Notes: generated by a model not told the origin, from the sequence alone. A DNA stretch of 51,291 nucleotides from Deltaproteobacteria bacterium GWC2_42_11 (GCA_001797495.1 MGPS01000004.1:1-51291), one strand, 5' to 3'. Shown: positions 8,050-19,459, numbered from the stretch's first letter. Translations and numbers: made by a program.

Positions 8050-9945
8050 ATGGGAAAGATTATAGGCATAGACCTCGGCACAACTAATTCTGTTGTCGCT
8101 GTTATGGAAGGCGGGGAGCCAAAGGTTATAGTGAATGAAGAAGGCAACAGGATTACCCCGTCTGTTGTGGCATTTACACGGGATGGTGAAGTCCTTGTAG
8201 GACAGGTGGCAAAGAGGCAGGCAATAACAAATCCTGAAAATACCATCTTTTCAATAAAGAGGTTTATGGGCAGAAGATATGATGAGGTTACCGAAGAGAT
8301 GAAGATGGTTCCATACAAGGTGATAAGCGGCAAGGAGAGCAGGGTTGAAGTGGAGGCAATGGGCAAAAGATATACCCCTCCTCAAATATCCGCATTCATA
8401 CTCCAAAAACTAAAAAGGGCAGCAGAGGCATATCTCGGAGAGCCTGTTAAAGAGGCTGTTATCACAGTCCCTGCGTATTTTAATGATGCGCAGAGGCAGG
8501 CGACAAAGGAGGCAGGCGAGATTGCAGGATTAGATGTTAAAAGGATTATAAATGAGCCGACTGCGTCATCCCTTGCATACGGGCTTGATAAGAAAAAGGA
8601 AGAGACCATCTCTGTGTATGATTTTGGAGGCGGCACATTTGATATATCAGTGCTTGATGTCGGTGAAGGCGTCTTTGAGGTAAAGGCAACAAACGGGGAC
8701 ACCCATCTCGGCGGAGACAACTATGACCAAAAGATTATTGACTGGATTATTTCTGAGTTTAAAAAAGACCAGGGTATAGACCTTTCAAAGGACAAGATGG
8801 CGCTCCAGAGGCTTAAAGAGGCAGCAGAAAAGGCAAAGATAGAACTATCATCCACAATGGAGTCAGAGATAAACCTGCCGTTTATAACAGCAGACGCAAC
8901 AGGACCAAAACATCTTGTCATGCGTTTTTCCAGGGCAAAACTTGAACAGTTGACAGAAGACCTTACCGAGAGGAGTCACAGACCATGTGAACAGGCGATC
9001 AGAGATGCCGGCTTGAGCCAGTCTGATATAGATGAGGTTGTTCTTGTCGGCGGCATGACAAGGATGCCAAAGATACAGGAGTTTGTAAAAAGTTTCTTCG
9101 GGAAGGAACCGCATAAGGGAGTTAACCCTGATGAGGTGGTTGCTGTAGGCGCTGCCATACAAGGTGCTGTTCTTGCAGGGGAGGTAAGGGATGTTGTGCT
9201 TCTGGATGTAACACCCCTTTCACTGGGTGTAGAGACCCTCGGCGGTGTGATGACAAAACTGATAAACCGCAACACCACCATTCCAACAAGAAAAAAAGAG
9301 GTATTTACAACCGCTGCTGATAACCAGACATCTGTTGAAATCCATGTTCTACAGGGTGAAAGGGAACTCGCAAGGGATAACAGGACACTGGGCAAGTTTC
9401 ACCTTATAGGACTACCATCTGCGCCAAGGGGCATCCCGCAGGTAGAGGTTGCCTTTGATATCGATGCCAATGGCATACTGAATGTATCTGCAAAGGACAT
9501 GGCAACAGGAAAGGAACAGAGGATTACAATCACCGCATCAAGCGGCCTTGCAAAGGATGAGGTCGAAAAGATGGTAAAGGACGCTGAACTCCATGCAGAA
9601 GAAGACAGGACTAGAAAAGAGGCGGTTGAGACAAGGAATCAACTGGATTCTCTTGTATATTCTACAGAAAAGATACTTAATGAAAACAGGGGTAAATTGT
9701 CAGAGTCTGATATAAAGGCAGTCGAAGATGCATTGTCCGAAGCAAAAAATGCATTATCTAAAGAGGATATGACAGAGATGAAAAAGGCGCTTGACAGGAT
9801 AAATCAGGCATCTCATAAAATGGCAGAAGTAATGTATCAACAGACTGCTTCAGGACAGGCAGGTGCTGCATCAGCAGATACCGGCAGTAAAAAAGAAGGC
9901 AATGTTGTTGACGCAGAGTTTGTGGAAGATGAGAAAAAGCCGTGA
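8050..9945 (+). CDS. dnaK: Chaperone DnaK (Hsp70)
   Basis: [40 protein letters not shown] and C-terminal DAEF motifs. Confidence 0.99.
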   Translation: MGKIIGIDLGTTNSVVAVMEGGEPKVIVNEEGNRITPSVVAFTRDGEVLVGQVAKRQAITNPENTIFSIKRFMGRRYDEVTEEMKMVPYKVISGKESRVEVEAMGKRYTPPQISAFILQKLKRAAEAYLGEPVKEAVITVPAYFNDAQRQATKEAGEIAGLDVKRIINEPTASSLAYGLDKKKEETISVYDFGGGTFDISVLDVGEGVFEVKATNGDTHLGGDNYDQKIIDWIISEFKKDQGIDLSKDKMALQRLKEAAEKAKIELSSTMESEINLPFITADATGPKHLVMRFSRAKLEQLTEDLTERSHRPCEQAIRDAGLSQSDIDEVVLVGGMTRMPKIQEFVKSFFGKEPHKGVNPDEVVAVGAAIQGAVLAGEVRDVVLLDVTPLSLGVETLGGVMTKLINRNTTIPTRKKEVFTTAADNQTSVEIHVLQGERELARDNRTLGKFHLIGLPSAPRGIPQVEVAFDIDANGILNVSAKDMATGKEQRITITASSGLAKDEVEKMVKDAELHAEEDRTRKEAVETRNQLDSLVYSTEKILNENRGKLSESDIKAVEDALSEAKNALSKEDMTEMKKALDRINQASHKMAEVMYQQTASGQAGAASADTGSKKEGNVVDAEFVEDEKKP

Positions 9946-10039
9946 TGCGTGTGCGTGATGCGTTATACGTGTTTTAAGTTTTTCACGCTCACGTATAACG
10001 GCTTCTAATACGCACCACGTATAACGCACACGCATAACG
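9941..10039. repeat. Inverted array of CGTGATG-type 6-7-mers
   Basis: Left arm CGTGATG CGTGTG CGTGATG CGTTATA CGTG; right arm ...CACG TATAACG CACACG CATAACG. The dnaK stop codon lies in the first unit. Confidence 0.9.
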
Positions 10040-10050
10040 GTTTTACCCTT

Positions 10051-11169
10051 ATGGCTAAAAAGGACTACTACGATATTCTCGGTGTAAATAAAACCGCCGT
10101 AGAAGATGAGATTAAAAAAGCATACCGGAAACTTGCAAAAAAATATCACCCTGATGTAAATCCCGGCAATAAAAACGCAGAGACAAGATTTAAAGAGATA
10201 AGCGAGGCATATGAGGTCCTGAGTGATACACAGAAAAGGGCGCAGTATGACAGGATGGGGTCTTTCCCCTTTAAACCGGGCTTTGAAGGAGGCAGGACAT
10301 ATACAACTGGTCCAGGCGGGTTTAATATAGGAGATTTCGGTTTTGATATTGGTAATATTGGAGGCATAGAAGACATATTCGGAGATGTTTTCGGCAAAAA
10401 GGGCAGCCAGTGGCCGGATGTAAATAGCGGCAGGGATATAGAATACAGGGTTGAACTTAGTTTTGAGGAGGCTGTAAAGGGAACCGAGGTAAGGGTTACT
10501 GCAGATAAAGAAATAGTCTGCTCTGCATGCGGAGGCAGCGGGGCAAAGCCAGGCGCAGAAAAAAGGCAATGCACTGTATGTCATGGAAAAGGGCAAAAGG
10601 AAGTTACAAAAGGCGGGTTTACGATAAGGCAGACCTGCACTGCGTGCGCAGGCACTGGTTACACAACTATAGCAGAGCAGTGTTATGTGTGCCATGGACA
10701 GGGACGGGATATACTACGCGAGGGGATAACGGTAAGGATACCACCGGGTATTGATGATGGTTCAAAGGTTAGGATTGCAGGCAAGGGAAGTCCCGGCATA
10801 GGAGGCGGTAAGCCTGGGGACCTTTATATAATCACAAGTGTAAGATCGCATCCATACTTCTTAAGAAAAGGAAATGATATATATATTGACCTGCCAGTAA
10901 CCATTGTTGAGGCAAGCCTTGGTGCAAAGATAAAAATACCCACCGTAGACGGCACTACACTCCTGACCATACCACCTGGGACTTCAGCAGGACAAAAGTT
11001 GAGATTAAAAGGGAAAGGCATAGAAAATAAAAAATCAAAGACAAGGGGCGATCAATATGTTATAATTCAAATAATAACGCCCAGGGACTTAAGTCAGAAG
11101 GCTCAGGATTTATTAAAAGAATTCCAGAAGACACATCCATACGACCCTCGTTCAAATAAAGGATGGTAG
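10051..11169 (+). CDS. dnaJ: Class A J-domain chaperone DnaJ
   Basis: HPD motif, G/F-rich region with DIF, four CxxCxGxG repeats, GDLY. Confidence 0.95.
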   Translation: MAKKDYYDILGVNKTAVEDEIKKAYRKLAKKYHPDVNPGNKNAETRFKEISEAYEVLSDTQKRAQYDRMGSFPFKPGFEGGRTYTTGPGGFNIGDFGFDIGNIGGIEDIFGDVFGKKGSQWPDVNSGRDIEYRVELSFEEAVKGTEVRVTADKEIVCSACGGSGAKPGAEKRQCTVCHGKGQKEVTKGGFTIRQTCTACAGTGYTTIAEQCYVCHGQGRDILREGITVRIPPGIDDGSKVRIAGKGSPGIGGGKPGDLYIITSVRSHPYFLRKGNDIYIDLPVTIVEASLGAKIKIPTVDGTTLLTIPPGTSAGQKLRLKGKGIENKKSKTRGDQYVIIQIITPRDLSQKAQDLLKEFQKTHPYDPRSNKGW

Positions 11170-11178
11170 GTTTATACC

Positions 11179-13458
11179 ATGTTAGAGATAGACAGCATAA
11201 GAGAGCGATTGACACTACGGGCAACCAGGGTGCTTGAGGGAGCCATTGAACAGTCCCAGAAGAGACAGCATTACTATCTTGGAGTTGAACATATATTCGT
11301 CTCTTTTGCTAAAGTTGAAGCAGTTTTCTTTAACGAGATGATGCTGGATTTAAACCTTGATACAAGGCAGATCATATCTTTTGTAAATGAACACCTGAAT
11401 ATCTGCCGTCAATACATAGGCATTGGATTGAAAGTTCCGCCTGCAACCAAAAATGTTTTCAGGCTGGCGTGGGAAGAGGCACAGAGATGGGACAGGGATA
11501 TGATAGACTCTACCGACCTTCTGGCAGCAATATTCATGGATACTAACTCAACCCCTGTAAAGATATTCAAGAGTTTTGGCATAGAACCGGAAAGCGTGAG
11601 ACGGACTATAAACATAAGGGTACGAACTCTGGAGGAGGTTGAAGAAGACCTTAAAAAGAAGTTTGAACTCCCTCCTAACCTTAAACACTTTGCTGTAAAC
11701 CTGAATAAACTCGCACATTACGATAAACTCCCGCCGATAATAGGCAGGGATAAAGAGATACGGCAGATAATGGAGACATTATGCCATGTGGAGCGGAGTA
11801 ATTCTGTCATGATTATAGGAGAACCGGGCGTCGGTAAAACTGCTGTTGTTGAAGGGCTTGCGAGAAAGATAGAGTTCAGCCAGCAAGAAGTCCCGAAGAG
11901 GCTCAGGAATAAACAGATTCTAAACCTCCAGATGAACTCAGTTGTTGCAGGCACAATATTCAGGGGAATGTTTGAGGACAGGGTTGAAAAGATAATAAAG
12001 GAACTCAGGGAGAGGAATAATATTATACTGTTTGTTGACGAGGCACATACCCTTATTGGCGCAGGTTCAGCAATGGGGGTGCCGTCGGATGCTGCTAATA
12101 TATTCAAGGCAACGCTTGCAAGGGGCGAGGTGCAGATTATAGGTGCGACGACCTCTGCTGAATACAAGGAGTATATAGCCGAAGATGAGGCACTGGCAAG
12201 GAGGTTCAGGGTCGTACATATAGACGAGCCATCTGCAGAAGACACGAAGAAGATACTTTACGGCATAAGGGGAAGGCTTGAAAAGAACTACTCGGTCAGT
12301 ATAGCCGATGATGCCATCGATACAGCAATTGATATGTCAGAGAGGTATATGAGGAGCCTGCGCATGCCCGATAAACCAATCAGTTGGCTCGACACAGCAT
12401 GTGTAAAGGTGGAGATAAACAAGAGGGACAGACCTGTAAACAGGGATGATATTGCAGAGGTAGTATCCCAGGAAACAAAGATACCAAAGGATATGATATT
12501 CAGGGACACTACAGCCAGGTTCAGGAATATAGAAGATGTTATATCGAAAAGGGTTATAGGTCAAAAAGAGGCAATAACAAAACTTGCTAAGAGACTTAAA
12601 CTAAACAAAGGGCCATTAAAGGAAAACTACTCAAAACCTGACGGTGTATTCCTCTTTCTCGGACCAACAGGTGTCGGCAAGACAGAACTCGCAAAATCTT
12701 TGGCAGAGTTCCTGTTCGGCGACGAAAAGAAGTTGATACGGCTTGACATGTCCGAGTACAAGGATTCTACAGTGGCAGTCGATAAACTGATAGGCATGCC
12801 CCGCGGCATAGTAGGATCTGAACGGGGCGGAATACTTACAAACCAGATTCGGGAAAACCCGTATTCGATCCTCCTCCTTGATGAGGTTGAGAAGGCAAAC
12901 CCTTATGTGCTTAACCTGTTCCTGCAGGTCTTTGATGAGGGGTGGCTTACAGACGGCAGGGGCAAGAGGGTTTATTTCAGCGATACTGTTATTATCATGA
13001 CAAGCAACCTTGGAACAGACGAGTTTAGGAAATTTACAAAACCACTCGGCTTTCTGCAGGACGGTTCAGACATAAATGACCTGAAAAAAAATATAATTAA
13101 AGAGGTAGAAAATACATTTTCACCTGAGTTCCTTAATAGGATAGACGAAATAGTAGTATTCTCCCCTCTTACGAGAGATGAGGTCAGAAAGATTACAATA
13201 ATCCATACTGAAGAAATCAGGAAGCATATGAAAGATTTCAGCAAAACATTGTATATTACAGACGAGGCAATTGATACTTTGGTAGAGACAGGATATAGTG
13301 TTAAATACGGTGCAAGGTTCCTGAAAAGGAATATAGATGAAAAGGTGAAGATACCGATAACACTCTGCTGGAAGGAAGGAGATGCCTTCAGGGCAGATGC
13401 CTTTGACAGCGAAATAGTTGTCAGCAGTATGAACGAACGAGAGTTAATCCCGGTTTAA
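11179..13458 (+). CDS. Divergent ClpA/ClpC-like Hsp100 ATPase
   Basis: Clp N domain, two Walker A motifs (GEPGVGKT, GPTGVGKT), two Walker B motifs (FVDEAH, LLDEVEK), no M domain, LGF loop. Confidence 0.92.
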   Translation: MLEIDSIRERLTLRATRVLEGAIEQSQKRQHYYLGVEHIFVSFAKVEAVFFNEMMLDLNLDTRQIISFVNEHLNICRQYIGIGLKVPPATKNVFRLAWEEAQRWDRDMIDSTDLLAAIFMDTNSTPVKIFKSFGIEPESVRRTINIRVRTLEEVEEDLKKKFELPPNLKHFAVNLNKLAHYDKLPPIIGRDKEIRQIMETLCHVERSNSVMIIGEPGVGKTAVVEGLARKIEFSQQEVPKRLRNKQILNLQMNSVVAGTIFRGMFEDRVEKIIKELRERNNIILFVDEAHTLIGAGSAMGVPSDAANIFKATLARGEVQIIGATTSAEYKEYIAEDEALARRFRVVHIDEPSAEDTKKILYGIRGRLEKNYSVSIADDAIDTAIDMSERYMRSLRMPDKPISWLDTACVKVEINKRDRPVNRDDIAEVVSQETKIPKDMIFRDTTARFRNIEDVISKRVIGQKEAITKLAKRLKLNKGPLKENYSKPDGVFLFLGPTGVGKTELAKSLAEFLFGDEKKLIRLDMSEYKDSTVAVDKLIGMPRGIVGSERGGILTNQIRENPYSILLLDEVEKANPYVLNLFLQVFDEGWLTDGRGKRVYFSDTVIIMTSNLGTDEFRKFTKPLGFLQDGSDINDLKKNIIKEVENTFSPEFLNRIDEIVVFSPLTRDEVRKITIIHTEEIRKHMKDFSKTLYITDEAIDTLVETGYSVKYGARFLKRNIDEKVKIPITLCWKEGDAFRADAFDSEIVVSSMNERELIPV

Positions 13459-13466
13459 AAAAGGAG

Positions 13467-14306
13467 ATGTGCATGATTAAGAATATCCTTGTACCCCAGG
13501 ACGGTTCAAAACACAGCAAGACTGCGCTTGAATACGGCATCTTTCTGGCAAAAAGGTTTCACGCCAATCTGATAGGACTTCATATTATAGACATAGTTGC
13601 CCTTGAAGGATCTTTCCTACACGACCTCTCGGGTTCACTGGGCTTTGAACCTTTTCTTAATTTTTCCTCGAAAATGCGTGAAGTACTTGAGGAAAAAGGA
13701 AAGACTATCCTCAAAGATTTTTCCGATGTATGCAGAAAGGAAAATGTGCGGCATGAAAGTTTTATGGAAAACGGCATTGTTGTTAATGAGATATGCGAAA
13801 GGGCAAAACTTACAGACCTTGTAATAATAGGGAGAAGGGGTATAAATGTTAAATTTGAATACGGTCTTTTCGGCTCAGCAGCAGAAGGGATAATGAGAAA
13901 ATCACCGCAGCCGGTTATGGTTGTATCTGAGGAATATAAGGAAATATCAAAACCCATGTTCGCCTTTGACGGCAGTGCATCTGCAAGTAAAACGCTTCAC
14001 TACGCAGCAGAGTTTTTAAAAGACCTGAAACAGTCTGTAACCGTTATAAACTTATCAAAAGACAGACATTCTGCGGATGTATTGAAAATGGCAGAAGACT
14101 ATCTGAAACCATATCATGTTGATGCAAGATTTGTCATTTTGGAGGGCGACTCACCTGAAGAGATAGTTAAATATTACAAGGGAAACAATCACGACCTCAT
14201 ATTTATGGGTCTTTCAGGACATTCAAAGATATATGAAATGGTATTGGGCAGTACAACAGAATATGTCATAAGAAAGGTGGACGGTCCTGTATTTGTGGCA
14301 AGATAG
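13467..14306 (+). CDS. Universal stress protein (tandem Usp domains)
   Basis: KNILVPQDGS, DLVIIGRRG, GSAAEGIMRKSPQPV, LGSTTEYVIRKVDGPV. Confidence 0.92.
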   Translation: MCMIKNILVPQDGSKHSKTALEYGIFLAKRFHANLIGLHIIDIVALEGSFLHDLSGSLGFEPFLNFSSKMREVLEEKGKTILKDFSDVCRKENVRHESFMENGIVVNEICERAKLTDLVIIGRRGINVKFEYGLFGSAAEGIMRKSPQPVMVVSEEYKEISKPMFAFDGSASASKTLHYAAEFLKDLKQSVTVINLSKDRHSADVLKMAEDYLKPYHVDARFVILEGDSPEEIVKYYKGNNHDLIFMGLSGHSKIYEMVLGSTTEYVIRKVDGPVFVAR

Positions 14307-14312
14307 TTTAAA

Positions 14313-14416
14313 AAAATGCAAAAACCAAATATCAAAAAAACAAAATTAAGGTATTTTATTTTGAATTCGGGACACCAACGAAGCGGATCGTTTCATTGTG
14401 CATTTTGACTTTTTAA
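14313..14416. repeat. Degenerate inverted AAAATGC/CATTTTG-type heptamer array
   Basis: AAAATGC AAAAACC AAATATC ... versus ...CATTGTG CATTTTG ACTTTTT. AT-rich and degenerate. Confidence 0.5.
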
Positions 14417-14481
14417 GAGCCCTGTTTTAACAGGGTTATTTTTTTGCATAACATAATTCCGCAGAAAATCTGAGAAATCCC

Positions 14482-17061
14482 ATGCGTTTTGACAGGTTCA
14501 CAATAAAACTTCAGGAAGCACTGCAGAACAGCCAATCAATCGCTGATAAATATCAGCATCAGGCAGTTGACACACCGCATCTCCTTCTGGCAATGATGCA
14601 GCAGGATGGCGGGATAGTCTCGCCAATACTTCAAAGGATTGGTGTAAACATCCCTCTTATAAAAAATCAGGTTGAAGAGATTATTAAGAAAGTCCCGAAG
14701 GTAGCAGGCGCAGGTGAAACATATATAACACCCAATCTTAAAAATACTATTGATCGGGCTTTTGAAGAGGCGCAGAGGCTCAGGGATGAATTTATTTCAA
14801 CAGAGCATGTACTTCTTGCACTTGCAGACGGAAAGGATGAGACAGGGAAGGTTCTGACAGCACAGGGTGCAGCAAAGAATACCATACTCAAGGCAATGAC
14901 ATCAATAAGGGGGGCACATCGCATCACAGACCAGAATCCTGAGGAAAAATATCAGGCTTTGACGAAATATACAAGGGACCTCGTAGAACTGGCAAGAAGG
15001 GACAAACTTGACCCTGTCATTGGCAGAGACGATGAGATAAGGCGGGTCGTTCAGGTTCTGTCAAGGAGGACAAAGAACAACCCTGTTTTGATAGGTGAGG
15101 CAGGTGTGGGGAAGACCGCAATCGTCGAAGGGCTTGCCCAGAGGATTGTATCAGGGGATGTGCCTGAAACATTAAAGAATAAAAAACTCCTCGCCCTTGA
15201 TTTAGGCGCCTTAATCGCAGGTTCAAAATACAGGGGTGAATTTGAGGACAGGCTTAAGGCAGTACTGCGGGAGATAGACGAGGCAAGCGGTTCAGTAATA
15301 CTTTTCATAGACGAACTCCATACACTTGTCGGTGCAGGCGCTGCTGAGGGTGCAATGGATGCATCAAACATGCTGAAACCTGCACTCGCAAGGGGTGAAC
15401 TCAGATGTGTTGGCGCAACAACCCTTGACGAATACAGAAAACATATTGAAAAGGATGCTGCGCTTGAACGGCGGTTCCAGCCTGTATATGTTGGTGAGCC
15501 GAATGTTGCGGACACTATAGCGATACTGCGCGGGCTGAAAGAGAGGTATGAGGTTCATCACGGTGTCCGCATTGCAGACTCTGCAATAGTTGCGGCAGCG
15601 ACTTTATCCCACCGCTATATCACAGACAGGTTTCTGCCTGATAAGGCGATAGACCTCATTGACGAGTCAGCATCAAGGCTCCGTATTGAGATAGACAGCA
15701 TGCCGACAGAGATAGATGAAATAGAAAGAAAAATAATCCAACTTGAAATAGAAAAACAGGCGCTTAAAAAAGAGACAGACAGAACATCTCTGGAGAGGCT
15801 TGAAAAGATAGAAAGAGAACTGGCAAATCTGAAGGAAGATAGTTCAAGACTAAAGGTGCACTGGCAGGAAGAAAAAGGGGTGATTTCAAACATCAGAAAA
15901 ATAAAAGGCGGCATAGAGGATGCAAAGCAGAAGGCTCAGTCAGCAGAAAGGGCCGGCGACCTTGGAAGGGCGGCAGAATTAAAATACGGCGTGCTTGTTC
16001 AACTTGAAAAAGAACTTATTGATGCCCAGAAAAAACTTGCCGAACTCCAGAAAGACCAGAGGATGTTAAAAGAAGAGGTAGATTCAGAGGACATTGCAGA
16101 GGTTGTATCCAAATGGACAGGGGTACCTGTTACAAGGATGATGGAGGCTGAAAAGGAAAAACTCCTGCACATGGAGGATAGGCTTAGAAAGAGGGTTATT
16201 GGACAGGATGAAGCAATAAAGGTGATTTCAAATGCAGTGAGAAGGGCAAGGGCAGGGCTTCAGGATGCAAACAGACCAATTGGTTCATTTATATTTTTAG
16301 GACAAACAGGCGTTGGAAAGACTGAGACTGCAAGGGCGCTTGCAGAATTTTTGTTTGATGATGAACATGCTATGGTCCGGATTGATATGTCTGAGTTCAT
16401 GGAAAAACATTCTGTTGCAAAACTTATAGGTGCGCCGCCGGGATATGTGGGTTATGAAGAAGGCGGGTATTTAACAGAGGCTGTGCGGCGGAGACCTTAT
16501 TCTGTGCTTTTGTTTGATGAGATTGAAAAGGCACATCAGGATGTCTTTAATATATTCTTACAGATACTTGATGACGGCAGACTTACGGATGGACAGGGAC
16601 GGACAGTTGACTTCAAAAACAGTGTCGTGATAATGACATCAAACACAGGGAGTCAGTTTCTAACTGAACTTGGAGAGAAGGATTATGATGAAATCAGAAC
16701 AAGGGTTATGGAAAACCTGAAACTTGAGTTTAAGCCTGAGTTTTTAAACAGGGTTGATGATATAATAATTTTTCATCCGCTTTCAAGGGAGCATATAAAG
16801 TCAATTGTTGATATACAAATAGAAAGACTGAAGAAACTTCTGCAGGAAAAAAAGATTGAGATTACGTTGACCAATGCTGCAAAAACACTCCTTGCAGAAC
16901 AAGGTTATGACCCTGCATACGGTGCAAGACCCCTGAAGAGACTCATCCAGCACAGGGTTCAGGACGAACTTGCCACAAGGCTGCTAAATGGTGAATTTAA
17001 TGCAGAGGACAAGGTTACAATAGATACAGAGGGTGAAAAACTCCTGTTTAAAAAGGCTTAA
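14482..17061 (+). CDS. clpB: Disaggregase ClpB
   Basis: [16 protein letters not shown], long coiled-coil M domain, [16 protein letters not shown]; no IGF loop. Confidence 0.98.
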   Translation: MRFDRFTIKLQEALQNSQSIADKYQHQAVDTPHLLLAMMQQDGGIVSPILQRIGVNIPLIKNQVEEIIKKVPKVAGAGETYITPNLKNTIDRAFEEAQRLRDEFISTEHVLLALADGKDETGKVLTAQGAAKNTILKAMTSIRGAHRITDQNPEEKYQALTKYTRDLVELARRDKLDPVIGRDDEIRRVVQVLSRRTKNNPVLIGEAGVGKTAIVEGLAQRIVSGDVPETLKNKKLLALDLGALIAGSKYRGEFEDRLKAVLREIDEASGSVILFIDELHTLVGAGAAEGAMDASNMLKPALARGELRCVGATTLDEYRKHIEKDAALERRFQPVYVGEPNVADTIAILRGLKERYEVHHGVRIADSAIVAAATLSHRYITDRFLPDKAIDLIDESASRLRIEIDSMPTEIDEIERKIIQLEIEKQALKKETDRTSLERLEKIERELANLKEDSSRLKVHWQEEKGVISNIRKIKGGIEDAKQKAQSAERAGDLGRAAELKYGVLVQLEKELIDAQKKLAELQKDQRMLKEEVDSEDIAEVVSKWTGVPVTRMMEAEKEKLLHMEDRLRKRVIGQDEAIKVISNAVRRARAGLQDANRPIGSFIFLGQTGVGKTETARALAEFLFDDEHAMVRIDMSEFMEKHSVAKLIGAPPGYVGYEEGGYLTEAVRRRPYSVLLFDEIEKAHQDVFNIFLQILDDGRLTDGQGRTVDFKNSVVIMTSNTGSQFLTELGEKDYDEIRTRVMENLKLEFKPEFLNRVDDIIIFHPLSREHIKSIVDIQIERLKKLLQEKKIEITLTNAAKTLLAEQGYDPAYGARPLKRLIQHRVQDELATRLLNGEFNAEDKVTIDTEGEKLLFKKA

Positions 17062-17080
17062 CTCCTTGAACACTGGTGTT

Positions 17081-17275
17081 TATAGCCCAAAAATAGACAT
17101 TGATTTTTGGGGAAACCTGCAAGTTGGCTGCCAGACGAGGCAGCGGACAATTTTTGAGACGAGCCGTATGTTCACCGAGAGGGACAGGCTACTTTTTTTG
17201 TAAAAAAGTTGCCTGTCCCTTTAGGAGCCCGGTTTGTAAAATGGCGAGGTTTTTAATCGCTATTTTACGGTTATA
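17081..17275. mobile_element. Candidate MITE-like element with internal palindrome
   Basis: Imperfect terminal IRs TATAGCCCAAAAATAG / CTATTTTACGGTTATA (13/16); internal hairpin AGGGACAGGC...GCCTGTCCCT at 17180-17220; no ORF. Confidence 0.45.
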
Positions 17276-17284
17276 GTTCTCCTA

Positions 17285-17313
17285 TTGACAAAACTCTACA
17301 TGTGGAATAAATT
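17285..17313 (+). promoter_or_regulatory. sigma70 promoter of hsp20
   Basis: TTGACA-17 bp-TAAATT, the same hexamers as the dnaK promoter. Confidence 0.6.
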
Positions 17314-17374
17314 ATAATTACTGCAATAAAATAACTTTACAGCCGACAGGCTTAAAACACAGGAGGGTAAATCA

Positions 17375-17827
17375 ATGGCAATTATAAAATGGGACCCATT
17401 CAAAGACTTACTCTCTATTCAGGACAGGATGAACCGTTTATTTGACGAGACATTTGCAAGGACAGCAAAAGGGGAAGGAGAAGAACTCGCAAGGGGTATA
17501 TGGTCTCCTGCTGTTGATATTTATGAAACAGATGAAAATATTGTCCTGAAAGCGGAGGTGCCGGGTATGAACAAGGGGGATATATCCATAGAGGTAAAGG
17601 ATAATATGCTTGTCCTGAAAGGTGAACGGAAATTTGAAAAGGAAATAAAAGAAGAAAATTACCACAGGATGGAGAGGGCATACGGCGCATTCCAGCGGTC
17701 ATTTACACTACCGAATATTGTCAACAGAGACAAGGTGTCTGCAAAATATAAGGACGGCGTGCTTGAGATTACACTGCCAAAGGTACAAGAGGCAAAACTA
17801 AAACAGGTGAAGGTAGAGGTGGAGTAG
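17375..17827 (+). CDS. Hsp20/alpha-crystallin small heat shock protein
   Basis: WDPF N-terminus, PAVDIYET, ERAYGAFQRSFTLP, YKDGVLEITLPK. Confidence 0.96.
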   Translation: MAIIKWDPFKDLLSIQDRMNRLFDETFARTAKGEGEELARGIWSPAVDIYETDENIVLKAEVPGMNKGDISIEVKDNMLVLKGERKFEKEIKEENYHRMERAYGAFQRSFTLPNIVNRDKVSAKYKDGVLEITLPKVQEAKLKQVKVEVE

Positions 17828-17830
17828 GAA

Positions 17831-17895
17831 TAGACCAAAGACAACAGACAACAGACTATAGACTTAATGCTTTTTAATCTTTAGTCTAAAGTCTG
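17831..17895. repeat. Inverted heptamer array of NAGACNA type
   Basis: TAGACCA AAGACAA CAGACAA CAGACTA TAGACTT ... TAATCTT TAGTCTA AAGTCTG. Confidence 0.85.
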
Positions 17896-17959
17896 ATTTA
17901 TGGATGCGGTATGTCAGTAACTCATCAAAAAAATAAAAATAAGAAAAAGGAGAGAAGAG

Positions 17960-19459
17960 ATGTTTTCCGAGAAAAATAGGTTTGGCTTAATAACCCTTTT
18001 TACAGTGGGTCTTGCATCGCTTATACTTGGGATAGCGTTGACAGCAAGACTCGGCATAGCACCCACTACAGGGGCAGAAAGTTTCTGGAAGGAGAACGGG
18101 GATAAAAAGGTTGAAGGTATTTCCCTTGGTATCAATTCATTTATTGACCTGGCAAAGGACTTAAGCCCTGTGGTTGTAAACATAAGCACTACACAGATAG
18201 TAAAAGAGCGTTCTGTAGTCCCGTTCCCTGAATTCAAAAGTCCATTTGAAGACTTCTTTGGCGGTGAAGACCCGTTCAGATTTTTTGGAGAGATGCCAAA
18301 GCAGGAATTTAAAAGGCAGAGTCTTGGCTCAGGCTTTATAATCAATAAAGACGGGTATATTCTTACAAATAACCATGTGGTTGAAAATGCAGAGGAGATA
18401 CTTGTAACACTCACTACCAAAAAAGAATACAAGGCAAAGATTATCGGGACAGATGCAAGGCTTGATATAGCGCTTATAAAGATAGACGCCGGTGAAAACC
18501 TCCATGCAGCAGCGCTGGGTGATTCTGATAAACTCCAGATAGGCGAATGGGTCATGGCAATAGGCAACCCGTTTGGTCTAAGCCATACTGTTACATCAGG
18601 GATAGTCAGCGCAAAAGGCAGGTTAATCGGCGCCGGACCATACGACAACTTTATCCAGACCGATGCCTCAATAAACCCCGGCAACAGCGGCGGCCCTCTT
18701 TTTAATTTAAGAGGTGAGGTTATGGGTATAAATACAGCGATTATCGCAGGAGGACAGGGTATAGGCTTTGCCACACCAATAAACATGGCAAAGGATATAC
18801 TTGTGCAGCTCAAAGAAAAAGGCAGGGTTACCAGAGGATGGATAGGTGTATCTATACAGGATGTTACACCTGAACTTGCCCAGTCGTTTGGACTGAAAGA
18901 ACGTTACGGCGCCCTTGTATCATCTGTAAGCAAGGGAGACCCCGCAGAAAAGGGAGGGATAAAGTCTGGCGATATTATAGTTGAATTTGACAGTAAGGAG
19001 ATTAAAGAGGTTAACGACCTGCCGAAGACAGTTGCAGTCACCTCACCGGGCAAGACTGTAAAGGTAAAGGTAATCAGGGATGGTAAGGAAAAGATTGTTT
19101 CAGTCACTGTAAGTACTATGAAGGACGATGTTGAGGCTGCTGAAAGAGAAGAGAAAGAAGATGCAGCACCAGAAAAGAAGATTGGCATGGCAGTCCAGGG
19201 TATAACCCCTGACATTGCAAGGAGATATGGACTGAAAGATGCAGAAGGTGTGATCGTTGTCAATGTAAAACCTGAAAGCCCTGCAGCAAAGGCAGGCATA
19301 AGAAGAGGAGACATAGTAAAAGAGGTGAACGGTGCAGAGATAAAGGATTTGAATGACTACAGGGATGTAATGAAAAAGGCAGGAAAGGACAAGACAGTGC
19401 GTTTCCTTATACAGAGAGGCAGCAGCACATTCTTTGCAGCAATAAGGATGAAGGAGTAA
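17960..19459 (+). CDS. degP: Do/DegQ (HtrA) serine endoprotease with two PDZ domains
   Basis: LGSGFII, TNNHVV, IQTDASINPGNSGGPL, two PDZ domains, N-terminal export signal. Confidence 0.95.
   Translation: MFSEKNRFGLITLFTVGLASLILGIALTARLGIAPTTGAESFWKENGDKKVEGISLGINSFIDLAKDLSPVVVNISTTQIVKERSVVPFPEFKSPFEDFFGGEDPFRFFGEMPKQEFKRQSLGSGFIINKDGYILTNNHVVENAEEILVTLTTKKEYKAKIIGTDARLDIALIKIDAGENLHAAALGDSDKLQIGEWVMAIGNPFGLSHTVTSGIVSAKGRLIGAGPYDNFIQTDASINPGNSGGPLFNLRGEVMGINTAIIAGGQGIGFATPINMAKDILVQLKEKGRVTRGWIGVSIQDVTPELAQSFGLKERYGALVSSVSKGDPAEKGGIKSGDIIVEFDSKEIKEVNDLPKTVAVTSPGKTVKVKVIRDGKEKIVSVTVSTMKDDVEAAEREEKEDAAPEKKIGMAVQGITPDIARRYGLKDAEGVIVVNVKPESPAAKAGIRRGDIVKEVNGAEIKDLNDYRDVMKKAGKDKTVRFLIQRGSSTFFAAIRMKE

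Noticed and set aside
9941-10039. Repeat arrays as CRISPR
   Set aside because: Units are 6-8 bp with no unique spacers, and there are no cas genes in the window.
17914-18813. Long antisense ORFs (299 aa here; also 9871-10695 and 43433-44101)
   Set aside because: Shadow frames opposite well-conserved genes.
8050-19459. Transmissible locus of stress tolerance (tLST/LHR)
   Set aside because: The Clp lacks the extended ClpG/ClpK N-terminal domain; there is no ftsH, trx, kefC or flanking transposase; the neighbours are core genes.
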